Source: an uncultured Clostridia bacterium (GTDB taxonomy: Bacteria; Bacillota; Clostridia; DUPQ01). Taken from it: a stretch of DNA of 64,000 nt. The position numbers and the translations under genes were made by a program. Below are positions 1-9,663 of this stretch, one piece after another (within the stretch, counting starts at the first letter, position 1; each line of letters opens with the position of its first letter). The stretch lies in NCBI GenBank assembly GCA_963766335.1, contig CAVXZA010000002.1, positions 706,254-770,253 of the forward strand, read 5' to 3'. The notes beneath the pieces were generated by a model, which saw nothing but the letters and a program-made list of their open reading frames with translations, did no database searches and was not told the DNA's origin.

Positions 1-18
1 AACCAAAGGGGGTGCACA

Positions 19-1038
19 ATGAACGGAAAAGAATTATTTGCATTAATGGGGAAAGGGGAAATTCCTCCGGTTATACCATTTATACCTACTATTTTTGAAC
101 ACAGTGCAATGGTAATCGGAAAGACTCCTTCTGAAATTGCTCAAGACGAGGATTTGATAGTTAAAAGTCAGCTTGCCTGCTATGAGATGTACAGGCACGA
201 CCTGATTTCAATCGGAGTGGATATATATAATGTAGAATATGAGGCAATGGGAGCAAAAGTACACTTTCCGGAAAATGAAGAGCTGCCGTCAACCAATGAA
301 ACCATGATATCAACAGTAGAAGACATTGATAAGCTAAGTGTTCCGGATCCAGAAAAAGATGCCAGGATGCCCATGTTTCTAAATGCAGTTCAGAGGGTTA
401 ATGAAAAAGTAGGAAACGAAGTGATTGTAAACGGTACAATTGTAGGACCCTTTACTCTCGCGGCAATCATGCGCGGATTTGAGAATTTCGTAATGGACCT
501 GGTAATGGAGCCTGAGTTTGCATATAAGCTGATGGAGTTTGCAAACAAAGTCAGCCTGGCCTTTGCTGAAAGCTTTATTAAAAGAGGCGTGGGCCTGTCA
601 ATAAATGAATCATGGATTGCACCGCCCCTGCTGTCCCCGGCTTTTTATGCGGAAAATGTTGTAGGGTATGAAAAGACATTAATACAAGGGATTAAAAAGC
701 TCGGACAGAAAAACGTTGCCTTAATAAGCGGCGGAAATACTACGGATATACTCGATGACATGGTAACTACCGGAACATCGCTCCTATTGGCTGACAGCGA
801 GTGCGACCGGCACTATTATAAAAAGGTGTGTGCAAAAAACAATATATTGATGAGGGCAAGCATTGCTTCAAAAATCGTTGAAGATGGCGATGAAGAAAAA
901 ATGAAAGAAGCTGCAGCCGAAGTAATCAATGACTGCCGCGACTATTCCGGATTCATATTCGGCTGCGGCATTGTAAGCTATGATACAAAACCCGAAAGCG
1001 TTATAAAATTAAAAGAAATTGTGAGAAGTTATGAATAA
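19..1038 (+). CDS. Uroporphyrinogen decarboxylase (URO-D)/MtaA-like family protein. It is probably a methyltransferase-type enzyme rather than a heme-pathway enzyme.
   Basis: 339-aa ORF with SD AAGGGGG upstream; contains GPFTLAA..MRG..NF.MDL motif typical of URO-D/MtaA/CmuA family; 4-bp overlap with downstream methyltransferase. Confidence 0.6.
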   Translation: MNGKELFALMGKGEIPPVIPFIPTIFEHSAMVIGKTPSEIAQDEDLIVKSQLACYEMYRHDLISIGVDIYNVEYEAMGAKVHFPENEELPSTNETMISTVEDIDKLSVPDPEKDARMPMFLNAVQRVNEKVGNEVIVNGTIVGPFTLAAIMRGFENFVMDLVMEPEFAYKLMEFANKVSLAFAESFIKRGVGLSINESWIAPPLLSPAFYAENVVGYEKTLIQGIKKLGQKNVALISGGNTTDILDDMVTTGTSLLLADSECDRHYYKKVCAKNNILMRASIASKIVEDGDEEKMKEAAAEVINDCRDYSGFIFGCGIVSYDTKPESVIKLKEIVRSYE

Positions 1039-1753
1039 TAATTTTCCGAAGGCATCAAAATATGATCCCGAATGGATGAAAGAAAATATGATGGGACCGA
1101 ATTCTGTTTTTCTTTTAGAACGCCTTACTGACAGAATGAATTTAAAACCGGGAATGAGGGTACTCGACCTAGGGTGTGGCATGGGAATAACCTCCGTGTT
1201 CCTTGCAAAGGAATACGGGGTTCAGGTATGGGCAACTGATTTATGGATATCAGCTACCGAAAACCATAAGAGATTTATAGAAGCCGGCGTAAGCGACTTG
1301 GTTTATCCAATACATGCAGAAGCCCATGAACTGCCGTATGCTGATGGTTTCTTTAATGCTATAGTAAGCATAGATGCCTATCATTATTTCGGTACGGAAA
1401 AAAAATATTTAGATGCTCATTGTTCGAAACTGCTAAAACCCTACGGGCAGGTGGGAATCGTTGTACCTGGTCTTTCGGGAGAATTAGAGAAAGACGAAAT
1501 ACCACCCGGTCTTGAAAAATACTGGGAAGATGATTTTAATACATTCCATAGTTCTGAATGGTGGAAAAAGCTATGGGACGATAGTTCCATGATTGAAGTC
1601 GAGTATCACGAGAACATGTCCGACGGGAAAAAGATATGGTACGAATCCATTTGGCGCCATGGTGAACATGGTTCTGATTTCGACAGGGAATTCCTTAAAG
1701 CCGATAGAACCGATGCGATTACGCTGGTTATGATGATTGGTAAGAAAATATAA
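1031..1753 (+). CDS. Class I SAM-dependent methyltransferase
   Basis: 240 aa; SAM-binding motif I VLDLGCGMG and Methyltransf_11/25-like spacing; start overlaps upstream stop (ATGA). Confidence 0.7.
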   Translation: MNNNFPKASKYDPEWMKENMMGPNSVFLLERLTDRMNLKPGMRVLDLGCGMGITSVFLAKEYGVQVWATDLWISATENHKRFIEAGVSDLVYPIHAEAHELPYADGFFNAIVSIDAYHYFGTEKKYLDAHCSKLLKPYGQVGIVVPGLSGELEKDEIPPGLEKYWEDDFNTFHSSEWWKKLWDDSSMIEVEYHENMSDGKKIWYESIWRHGEHGSDFDREFLKADRTDAITLVMMIGKKI

Positions 1754-1874
1754 ATTTCTATGAATACCTGCACAAAAAGAAGTTATTGCGTAAAAGCTAA
1801 CAAATCGTCCACAGGACATTTTGTCTTGACGCTTTTACCCCTCACGGGTTCAAATCCTTCTTAGTAATGGATAC

Positions 1875-1906
1875 AGAAAGAGATACCGAAAATGGTATCT
1901 CTTTCT
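1875..1906. terminator. Perfect 13-bp stem-loop (AGAAAGAGATACC-gaaaat-GGTATCTCTTTCT) between the methyltransferase 3' end and the tRNA-Arg 3' end. It may be a bidirectional terminator or processing hairpin; it has no strong U-tract.
   Basis: perfect inverted repeat read directly from sequence. Confidence 0.4.
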
Positions 1907-1909
1907 ATA

Positions 1910-1986
1910 TGGCGCGCCCAACAGGATTTGAACCCGAAACCTTTCGGTCCGTAGCCGAACGCTCTATCCAATTGAGCTATGGGCGC
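1910..1986 (-). tRNA. tRNA-Arg (anticodon ACG)
   Basis: Reverse complement gives GCGCCCATAGCTCAATTGGATAGAGCGTTCGGCTACGGACCGAAAGGTTTCGGGTTCAAATCCTGTTGGGCGCGCCA. It has a 7-bp acceptor stem, D-arm GCTC/GAGC, anticodon stem TTCGG/CCGAA with loop CTACGGA, a TTCAAAT T-loop and an encoded CCA. It is close to Bacillus tRNA-Arg(ACG). The T-stem has one T:T mismatch. Confidence 0.85.
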
Positions 1987-2156
1987 AGGCGACTTATATA
2001 ATAATATATGAAATTTAAAAAAGCAATGTTAAGATATGCAATCAAAGTCCGGTCCGGGTGTATAATCATACAAACGGAACAAAATTTCACGGCGTCCGTT
2101 TAATATATATAACCGGTGATATAGTGACAAATGAAAAAGCAAAAAAGATTTATATA

Positions 2157-2633
2157 ATGAAAGCTTACAAATATGATGGTAGGATTCATTATGAACAACC
2201 ATTGAAATTGAAGGAAAAGTTCGACAACCATGTTGTTCTTGAAGGTGCAATAGGCAGGGAACTTATCCATTACACACGCGACACTGTTTTTACATTTGAT
2301 GCCAAGACATACGAATACTTTTTCACCGACAGATGGTACACGGCGGCTCTCGTGTTTGATAATGCCGGGAAGATAGTTCATGTTTACTGTAATATTGCAT
2401 TTCCCTGCAAACTAAAGGAAGACACTGTGGAATTTATTGATTTGGATGTTGATGTTATCGTTCGTGACGGAATTCTGGAGGTGGTGGACATAGATGAATT
2501 TGAAGAACATAAAAAACTGTATGGGTACGGGAAAGAACTGGAAATAAGAGTGTTTAAGGCCGTTGATCAAGTGAAAAAGGATATAACAGAAGGTAATTAC
2601 CCGTTCAACCGGGATATCTTAAAACAAGGGTAA
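2157..2633 (+). CDS. DUF402 family protein (Ntdp/FomD-like fold). The start is placed at the internal ATG; the ORF extends upstream to 2058.
   Basis: N-terminus MKAYKYDG...HYEQ and length ~158 aa are typical of DUF402; no clear SD at either start. Confidence 0.5.
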   Translation: MKAYKYDGRIHYEQPLKLKEKFDNHVVLEGAIGRELIHYTRDTVFTFDAKTYEYFFTDRWYTAALVFDNAGKIVHVYCNIAFPCKLKEDTVEFIDLDVDVIVRDGILEVVDIDEFEEHKKLYGYGKELEIRVFKAVDQVKKDITEGNYPFNRDILKQG

Positions 2634-2711
2634 CCTTATGTTTACAAATAAAAGTAATACGTATATAATTTAACATAGTCATAAAATATACGTCTAGCGG
2701 GAGGAAAAAAT

Positions 2712-3434
2712 ATGAAAAATAAAAAGTTAATTTTATTGCTTGCAGTAGTTATGGTAATAGCTTTGGTTGTGGTTTCCTGTAGCGAAACCCAAAAGTTTAA
2801 GGATGAAGCAGAAGAAAATGTTGGCTCAAGGGTTAATGCGATTGAAACGAGTTATGAAGTTATTGAAGACGGCGATGAATACGGCGGAGTTATGTATACC
2901 TTTCCAAGAATCGAGGGTATGACAAACATGTCAAAGCAGGCTGATGCGAACGGTAACATGAAAAGGCTTAATACAAAGACAACTAAGGACAATGATGGCA
3001 TAAGAGGGGCAATTTCGGACTCATTTGAAGTTCTTGTAGCAAACGATAAGATATTCTCAATTATTTTCCCTACTACACTTAATGTTGATATAGCGACAAG
3101 GGCCATGGTAATGCTTGTAGAAGCTCATAAATTCCTTTACACCATTGATAGTCTTTTCGGAAAGGCTGACGGCACTGCCCCTAACCCGATGTTTGGCGAT
3201 ATGAGGGCGGTTTTTACAGCAGCCGGCGCGGACGCATCACAGACAGATGATGAATTCAGGCAAAATCTTATTTATTTCAAACCTGATGCCACAAATCCGG
3301 ATGATATGACAGCACTCGAATTACACATGACCTACTTCAAGGATGGACCTCAGGATATAATGGTTAGTTTCTCTGATGTCATAGACTATTTAAAAGAAGG
3401 CATGCCCGAATTATTTGAATTTGCAGTAGAATAA
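2712..3434 (+). CDS. Putative secreted lipoprotein of unknown function
   Basis: Strong SD GGGAGG; signal peptide with lipobox (LVVVSC); no recognisable catalytic motifs. Confidence 0.6.
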   Translation: MKNKKLILLLAVVMVIALVVVSCSETQKFKDEAEENVGSRVNAIETSYEVIEDGDEYGGVMYTFPRIEGMTNMSKQADANGNMKRLNTKTTKDNDGIRGAISDSFEVLVANDKIFSIIFPTTLNVDIATRAMVMLVEAHKFLYTIDSLFGKADGTAPNPMFGDMRAVFTAAGADASQTDDEFRQNLIYFKPDATNPDDMTALELHMTYFKDGPQDIMVSFSDVIDYLKEGMPELFEFAVE

Positions 3435-3456
3435 AGAAAAACATATTTAAAAATTG

Positions 3457-3486
3457 AAAATCCCCGCTTTTGGCGGGGATTTTTTA
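3457..3486. terminator. Bidirectional rho-independent terminator (AAAATCCCCGC-ttttg-GCGGGGATTTTTT) serving the convergent lipoprotein (+) and GNAT (-) genes
   Basis: GC-rich hairpin flanked by A-run and T-run. Confidence 0.8.
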
Positions 3487-3494
3487 AATTTTAC

Positions 3495-3932
3495 TTATTT
3501 ATTTAAAAGTTTTATATATCTGGTGGAAGAACCGATTGCGAAGCCGGATTCAAAGAAACCGCAACCTGTAAGAAATAAAGAGTATTTTTCCCAGGAAGGT
3601 TTTACATCTGTATACCAGACCTTGCCTTCGGGAAACCTTTTAATTGCATAACTTATTGCCTTTTTCCCCAAACCAAGATTCTGATATTCAGGCAAAATGA
3701 AAATACGTTCAAGCTGGAAATTAAACTGTCCGGTCCTGAATACTACAAATCCACCGGCAAGTTCGCCGTTAAAAATTATTTTATATAGGTATCCGGTAGT
3801 GGCTGCGTTAAAATACCATTCAGGATTATTAAATCCGTCAGGTGCCGATTCGGGCTCATTGGAAAAAACAGATTCAGATATCTCTGAAATGTATGCAATA
3901 TCTTTAGGACAGACTTGATCTATAAAAAACAT
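3495..3932 (-). CDS. GNAT family N-acetyltransferase
   Basis: Motif A LPEYQNLGLGKKAI (Q/RxxGxG/A); start chosen at ATG preceded by GGGGGA SD (ORF extends to GTG at 3968). Confidence 0.7.
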   Translation of the reverse strand: MFFIDQVCPKDIAYISEISESVFSNEPESAPDGFNNPEWYFNAATTGYLYKIIFNGELAGGFVVFRTGQFNFQLERIFILPEYQNLGLGKKAISYAIKRFPEGKVWYTDVKPSWEKYSLFLTGCGFFESGFAIGSSTRYIKLLNK

Positions 3933-3979
3933 TAATATCCCCCGGGAATATATTCCGGCGCAGAGCACCTCTCACGCGT

Positions 3980-5977
3980 CTAATATAACACAGCGACCCC
4001 ATAGGGCTCAAGACGTATGCTTCCGCTGAGAGTCCTGCCGCTGATTTCATCAGTATAATCACGTTCTATAGGGATATATACGGTTTCATCTGTATGGTTA
4101 ATTGTAAAAACATATTCACTTTCACTGCTTTTTCTAAGAACAGTTTCAACCCCCGGCACAGGCACTAGCGGAGCTCGTTTTACGCCGGCTTCCCTGCAAA
4201 TATAATCAAATAATGGTGCAAGGTCATCAATGCTTAAATTACAGCCGATGTAATAGACAATGCCTTTGCCATAGGTATTTACTGTAATACAGGGAGTTCC
4301 TTTATAAAATCCATCGGTATACTCGGCAAGCACCGTTGCGTTCCTACAATCAATAATGTCACACCAAGTATCAGCCTCAAATTTACCAATCATACCGGAT
4401 GCCTTGCGTCTGACTGTGCCGACAGGGTCGTAATTAATCACATCTATCCCGCATAAGTCACGGAAATATCCAGGGAGGGTAAGGCCGTTAATCTTGTTAA
4501 ATTCATCCCTATTGCCGGAGCGGAAGGTTACAACAAGATGACCGCCGTTGATTACGAAATCCGTTAGCTTCTTTGTATCTTGCTCAGAAGATATATTATA
4601 TGCAGGCAGGACCGCCAGTTTATAATCATTTAGATTGGCATCCATCCCACGGACATCGCAATTGATGTTGTTTTTAATTATAGAATTGTGAGTCGTATAT
4701 AGTATCTTATTATAATCAAAGCCTTCGGAATGCCATTGATATGAATGGCTCCACGTATTGTCAAAGGAATGAAGAACACAGGTTTCGGATACAACTTCGG
4801 TATTATCGATCACATTACTTATCGAAAGCATTTCAGCACCCGTCTGCTTGATTTCTTCATAGCGTTGGCGTGGAACGCCGTCATGGTCAAGTATCCCATG
4901 CCAGTATTGCTCTGTGCCAAACAGGCAGGGGCGCCATCTGAAATATACCAATCCATTGGCTCCGTGGGATACGGCCTGATATGCCCAAAGTCGAATTTCT
5001 CCCGGATTAGGTGTTGCATTCATGAAATTCCAGCCGTTTTGTCCGCTGCACTGCTCCATAACCCAGAATTTCTTATTTTTATAGCCGCGGAGTTTGTCAT
5101 GGTTGTAAGATACTTCAGATAATCCGGAAAATGGCCCGTGCGCTATATTGGGATAACAGTCCCAGGATATAAAGTCAAACTGTTTTGCGAGCTTGAAGTA
5201 GTCAATATCATAGAAACTGCCCATGAAATTGTGGGTTATCGGCGTCGTAATTCCGCTGGCTTTTAGTTCCGATATCTGCATGGCTGAATAAATACCGATT
5301 GAATCAGATGAAAATCTGCAGAAGTCCAGAAATAAACCGGGATTATGAGCATACATGCCTCCGGCCTTATAGTCGCATACTGTATGAGCCGGAAGAATAA
5401 CACTTTTAAATGAATCATATTGCTGGCTCCAGAACGCCATTCCCAGTTTATCATTGAGATTTTCAATAGTTCCGTATTTGTTTTCCAGCCACTTTGGAAA
5501 AGAAGTTGCACAATCTTCACAATAGCAACGGACGGTATTATGACAACCGAATTCATTATCCAGCTGCCAGGCTATTATATTTTCATTATCTTTATAATGA
5601 ACAGCCATTGCCCTTACAATTTTCTTTGAATATTTAGTGAAAACAGTGCTATTGAAACAATAATGCCGCCGGCTTCCAAATCCGCGCACATTTCCGTACT
5701 CATCTTTTTGATATATTTCAGGATGCTTGTCCATTAACCACTTCGGAGGTGCGGCGGTCGGAGTGCACATAACAACCTTTATGCCTTTTCCTGCTGCCAA
5801 TTCCACGACCCTGTCAAGCCATTTAAAGTCATAATTTCCCTCGGAAGGTTCCATCATGGTCCAGGCGAATTCAGCGATTCGAATAGTGTTTATATCTGCT
5901 TCTTTCATAAGACGCAGATCTTCGGACCATCGCTCTTCAGGCCAATGTTCAGGATAATAATCAGTTCCGTAAATCAT
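3980..5977 (-). CDS. Beta-galactosidase, glycoside hydrolase family 42
   Basis: 665 aa; N-terminal YGTDYYPEHWPEERW and catalytic-region WQLDNEFG signatures of GH42. Confidence 0.85.
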   Translation of the reverse strand: MIYGTDYYPEHWPEERWSEDLRLMKEADINTIRIAEFAWTMMEPSEGNYDFKWLDRVVELAAGKGIKVVMCTPTAAPPKWLMDKHPEIYQKDEYGNVRGFGSRRHYCFNSTVFTKYSKKIVRAMAVHYKDNENIIAWQLDNEFGCHNTVRCYCEDCATSFPKWLENKYGTIENLNDKLGMAFWSQQYDSFKSVILPAHTVCDYKAGGMYAHNPGLFLDFCRFSSDSIGIYSAMQISELKASGITTPITHNFMGSFYDIDYFKLAKQFDFISWDCYPNIAHGPFSGLSEVSYNHDKLRGYKNKKFWVMEQCSGQNGWNFMNATPNPGEIRLWAYQAVSHGANGLVYFRWRPCLFGTEQYWHGILDHDGVPRQRYEEIKQTGAEMLSISNVIDNTEVVSETCVLHSFDNTWSHSYQWHSEGFDYNKILYTTHNSIIKNNINCDVRGMDANLNDYKLAVLPAYNISSEQDTKKLTDFVINGGHLVVTFRSGNRDEFNKINGLTLPGYFRDLCGIDVINYDPVGTVRRKASGMIGKFEADTWCDIIDCRNATVLAEYTDGFYKGTPCITVNTYGKGIVYYIGCNLSIDDLAPLFDYICREAGVKRAPLVPVPGVETVLRKSSESEYVFTINHTDETVYIPIERDYTDEISGRTLSGSIRLEPYGVAVLY

Positions 5978-6182
5978 AAGAAACCCCCGTGAAAAAATTC
6001 CCCATAATTATACCACACCATATTTTGCACATAGTTACAAATAATCAAAAATACACATGCTATTCCGGTGATATTTTTGTATGTAGGTGAGTTTCTATAA
6101 TTTTGTACATAAAACCATGTAAATAGATTAACGAATCTTTAATTGATTGATAAAAAGAAAACAATACTTTATAATTACAGTC

Positions 6183-7496
6183 ATGAAACAGAAAAAGAGA
6201 ATAAAAGGCGGAGTTAAAACGCCTCACTACAAGAACACTTCTAAGTCTGAAACAAAACTCATGCCCGTACCGGATAAAATAGAAATACCAATGTTGCACC
6301 ATATAGGTGCTCCTTGTACGCCTACTGTAAAAAAAGGCGATGAGGTAATGGTCGGAACACTAATCGGCGACAGTGACGCATTTGTCAGCGCACCAATCCA
6401 CTCGAGTGTATCAGGGACTGTAACGGACATTAAAAAACGACTGTTCCCCGATGGTTCGAATGTGGATGCGGTAATTATCAAATCCGATGGAAAGCAGACC
6501 GTAGACCCTAATGTACAGCCTCCGGTGGTCAACTCGAAAAAAGACTTCCTTAAAGCAGTTCGAGCATCGGGGTTGGTCGGATTGGGTGGGGCCGGTTTCC
6601 CCGCACATGTTAAACTGAATCCCCCGAAGGACAAAAAAATAGAGTATCTTTTAATTAATGCAGCCGAGTGCGAACCCTACATAACCTCTGATTACCGAGA
6701 GACTATTGAAAACTCATGGAATGTCATAAGCGGTATCAATATTGTCATGGATTTCCTTGAAATTGAAAACGTAATCATTGGAGTTGAGGACAATAAGCCG
6801 ACTACTATAAAGATACTGAATGATGTGGCTGACACTGATAAAAGGATTACGACTGTTTCGCTAAAATCCATATATCCGCAGGGCGCTGAAAAAATGCTTA
6901 TTTACGCCCTAACCGGCAGGATTGTTCCTGCAGGGGGGCTTCCAATGGATGTTGGTGTAATAGTAATGAACGTTAATAGCGTATCATTCATTGCAAAATA
7001 TCTAAAAACAGGCATGCCCCTTGTAAAAAAACGGCTTACGGTTGACGGTGCAGTGATTAAAGAACCTTCAAACGTTGAGGTTTGTATAGGTACATATATA
7101 AAAGACCTGGTTAATTTCTGCGGAGGTTTTACTGAAGAACCATATAAAGTCCTTATGGGCGGTCCAATGATGGGATTGGCACAGTATACCGTAGACACTC
7201 CGGTCCTAAAGCAGAACAACGCCATACTGGCATTCAATAAAAAGCAAAGTTTGCTACCTGAACAGACTGCATGTATAAGATGCGGCAACTGCGTCCGATC
7301 ATGTCCCATGAGCCTTATGCCCCAGCAGCTTGATATATTCTCGGAATCAAAGAATGTTGAGCAATTGCAGAAGTTTAATGTAATGAGCTGTATAGAATGC
7401 GGAGCGTGCTCATATGTGTGCCCGGCAAAAAGACACCTTGTACAGTCGATACGAAAAGGTAAAGTATTGGTTAAAACGAAAGGCCAGAAAAAATGA
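6183..7496 (+). CDS. rnfC: Rnf electron-transport complex subunit C (RnfC)
   Basis: KGGV..P N-terminus, GLVGLGGAGFPAHVKL nucleotide-binding motif, two CxxCxxCxxxCP 4Fe-4S motifs; first gene of rnfCDGEAB order; start set at MKQKKRIKGGV ATG (ORF extends to 6147). Confidence 0.9.
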   Translation: MKQKKRIKGGVKTPHYKNTSKSETKLMPVPDKIEIPMLHHIGAPCTPTVKKGDEVMVGTLIGDSDAFVSAPIHSSVSGTVTDIKKRLFPDGSNVDAVIIKSDGKQTVDPNVQPPVVNSKKDFLKAVRASGLVGLGGAGFPAHVKLNPPKDKKIEYLLINAAECEPYITSDYRETIENSWNVISGINIVMDFLEIENVIIGVEDNKPTTIKILNDVADTDKRITTVSLKSIYPQGAEKMLIYALTGRIVPAGGLPMDVGVIVMNVNSVSFIAKYLKTGMPLVKKRLTVDGAVIKEPSNVEVCIGTYIKDLVNFCGGFTEEPYKVLMGGPMMGLAQYTVDTPVLKQNNAILAFNKKQSLLPEQTACIRCGNCVRSCPMSLMPQQLDIFSESKNVEQLQKFNVMSCIECGACSYVCPAKRHLVQSIRKGKVLVKTKGQKK

Positions 7497-7536
7497 CAGC
7501 GAAAAACCTTGAACTAATGGCGGAGGAAATGTTTTA

Positions 7537-8466
7537 ATGGCTGAAAACAGACTCATAGTAAATTCTTCTCCTCATATGAAATGCGTAAAAAGCACCAGCG
7601 GCATAATGCTGGATGTGATAATTGCATTGATACCGGCTGTAATATTGAGCGTGTACTTCTTTTCGTACATAGCGGCAATAATAATTGCTGTATCAGTGGC
7701 AACATCCGTAATATTTGAATACCTTTATAATTTACTGGCAAAGAAAAAGCAGACGGTCAGCAACCTCAGTGCCGTGGTTACCGGAGTCATACTTGCCCTC
7801 AACCTTCCACCTGTTAAGTCTTCAATTTGGATTGCAGCCGTTGGGTCACTTGTTGCGATAATAATTGTAAAAATGCTCTTTGGGGGTATTGGGAAGAACA
7901 TATTCAATCCGGCAATTGCCGCAAGGGTATTCCTTACAGTATCATTTGCCTCGCAGATGACTACTTGGGTAGCTCCGGGGGTTGACAGTGTTTCAGCCGC
8001 CACTCCACTGGCACTTGCAAAAGCAGGTGAGATGACAGAATATATGGACCTTTTTCTTGGGAATATTGGAGGAAGTCTGGGTGAGACCAGTGCATTGGCA
8101 CTGCTTATAGGCGGAATCTGGCTGCTCCTTAGAAAAGTAATAAGCTGGCACATCCCCACTGCATTCATTGGAACCGTTGCAATCGGAGCATATATATTCG
8201 GACAGGATCCTCTTTTCCATATACTGGCCGGCGGATTGCTGCTTGGCGCTATCTTCATGGCAACGGATTATGTAACATCTCCCACTACATGGTCAGGCAA
8301 ACTTATATTCGGATTTGGTTGCGGACTAATAACAATAGTTATAAGATTGTTCGGAAATCTTCCGGAAGGGGTATCATTCTCTATTTTGTTCATGAATGCC
8401 CTTGTGCCTCTTATCGACAGATATACGGTTCCAAAAAGTTTCGGTGAGGTGAAGAAAAATGCGTGA
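7537..8466 (+). CDS. rnfD: Rnf complex subunit D (RnfD/NqrB family membrane protein)
   Basis: polytopic membrane protein with RnfD-like conserved blocks; operon position. Confidence 0.85.
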   Translation: MAENRLIVNSSPHMKCVKSTSGIMLDVIIALIPAVILSVYFFSYIAAIIIAVSVATSVIFEYLYNLLAKKKQTVSNLSAVVTGVILALNLPPVKSSIWIAAVGSLVAIIIVKMLFGGIGKNIFNPAIAARVFLTVSFASQMTTWVAPGVDSVSAATPLALAKAGEMTEYMDLFLGNIGGSLGETSALALLIGGIWLLLRKVISWHIPTAFIGTVAIGAYIFGQDPLFHILAGGLLLGAIFMATDYVTSPTTWSGKLIFGFGCGLITIVIRLFGNLPEGVSFSILFMNALVPLIDRYTVPKSFGEVKKNA

Positions 8467-9001
8467 TATCATAAAACCCGCTTTCAGCCTTGTCATAATA
8501 TGTGCGGTAATAACCTTCTTCGTAGCCCTTACCTATAATGTCACGAAAGACACTATCAGGCACAGGCAGCTTGAAGAACTGTACTCAGCAATGGCTGAAG
8601 TACTGCCGGATGGAAAAAGTTTTAATGAAATTACAAACGAATTTATAAATGGTGAAAATGGCGACATAAAGATTGACGGTGTATATGAATCCAATGCCGG
8701 TATGGTATTTAGTTTATTAACACCGGGATACGGCGGAGATGTTGCCGTAATTATCGGAATAAGTTCCAATGGTGAAATAAGCGGAGTCCGGCTTGGCTCA
8801 AACAATGAAACTCCATCGCTTGGTAAACAGGCCGAGGAAACTTTTTTCACATCCCGATTTGACAAAATATCAACCAACGACAATATAGCTGGTTCGGTTG
8901 ATTCCATAAGCGGCGTCACCATAACGTCAACCGCGGTCAAGAATGCAGTACAGGCTGCCTGCGGACATTATAATGAATATAAAGGAGGTGCCGGCAATTG
9001 A
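8459..9001 (+). CDS. rnfG: Rnf complex subunit G (FMN-binding)
   Basis: N-terminal TM, C-terminal SGVTITSTAVKNAVQAA FMN-attachment region; operon position. Confidence 0.8.
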   Translation: MRDIIKPAFSLVIICAVITFFVALTYNVTKDTIRHRQLEELYSAMAEVLPDGKSFNEITNEFINGENGDIKIDGVYESNAGMVFSLLTPGYGGDVAVIIGISSNGEISGVRLGSNNETPSLGKQAEETFFTSRFDKISTNDNIAGSVDSISGVTITSTAVKNAVQAACGHYNEYKGGAGN

Positions 9002-9663
9002 AAAAACTTTTTAAAGAATTTACAAAAGGCCTTATAAAAGAAAACCCGATATTCGTGCTGGTGCTCGGTATGTGTCCGACCCTCGCGGTCACCACATCCG
9101 CGGAAAACGGCCTTGGAATGGGTGCAGCTGCAACAGTGGTCCTCCTTGGTTCAAACATTGTAATATCAATGCTGAGGAAAATCATACCTGACAAGGTAAG
9201 GATTCCGGCATATATAACTGTAATCGCAGGTTTTGTTACCGTCGTGCAGTTGCTTCTTAAAGCATATCTTCCGGATTTGGACAAAGCACTCGGAATTTTC
9301 ATTCCCCTGATTGTTGTCAACTGTATTATTCTTGCAAGAGCTGAGATGTTCGCTAGTAAGAATAATATAGTCAGTTCAGTTGCGGATGCCCTTGGAATGG
9401 GACTTGGGTTCACTATTGCCCTGTTTATCATTGGTTCTGTAAGGGAAATCCTGGGAACCGGCGCATTCTTCGGAATGGACCTTACGGGTGGAGTAGTGAT
9501 TCCCGCAACGTCATTCATACTACCGGCGGGCGGATTTTTAGTGGTGGGACTTCTTATGGGTTTCTTCAACAAAGCCACAAAAAAGAATCCTTCAAGCAAA
9601 TTTGACTGCGCGCACTGTCCGCTTCAATGCGGAGTTGATGCTGAAGAGGAGGCTGTTAAATGA
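8998..9663 (+). CDS. rnfE: Rnf complex subunit E
   Basis: LVLGMCPTLAVTT..NGLGMG motifs typical of RnfE/NqrD; operon position. Confidence 0.85.
   Translation: MKKLFKEFTKGLIKENPIFVLVLGMCPTLAVTTSAENGLGMGAAATVVLLGSNIVISMLRKIIPDKVRIPAYITVIAGFVTVVQLLLKAYLPDLDKALGIFIPLIVVNCIILARAEMFASKNNIVSSVADALGMGLGFTIALFIIGSVREILGTGAFFGMDLTGGVVIPATSFILPAGGFLVVGLLMGFFNKATKKNPSSKFDCAHCPLQCGVDAEEEAVK

Noticed and set aside
2058-2156. Upstream extension of the DUF402 ORF to the first in-frame ATG at 2058
   Set aside because: The extension is 33 low-complexity residues not found in DUF402 proteins, and neither start has an SD. It is kept only as an alternative start.
3454-3918. Plus-strand small ORFs 3454-3651 and 3697-3918
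   Set aside because: They overlap the GNAT acetyltransferase gene on the opposite strand, and the first begins inside the bidirectional terminator. There are no SD or motifs.
5978-6182. Rex operator (TTGTGAA-N6-TTCACAA) upstream of rnfC or pfor
   Set aside because: No match better than half-site level was seen in either the rnf or pfor upstream regions.
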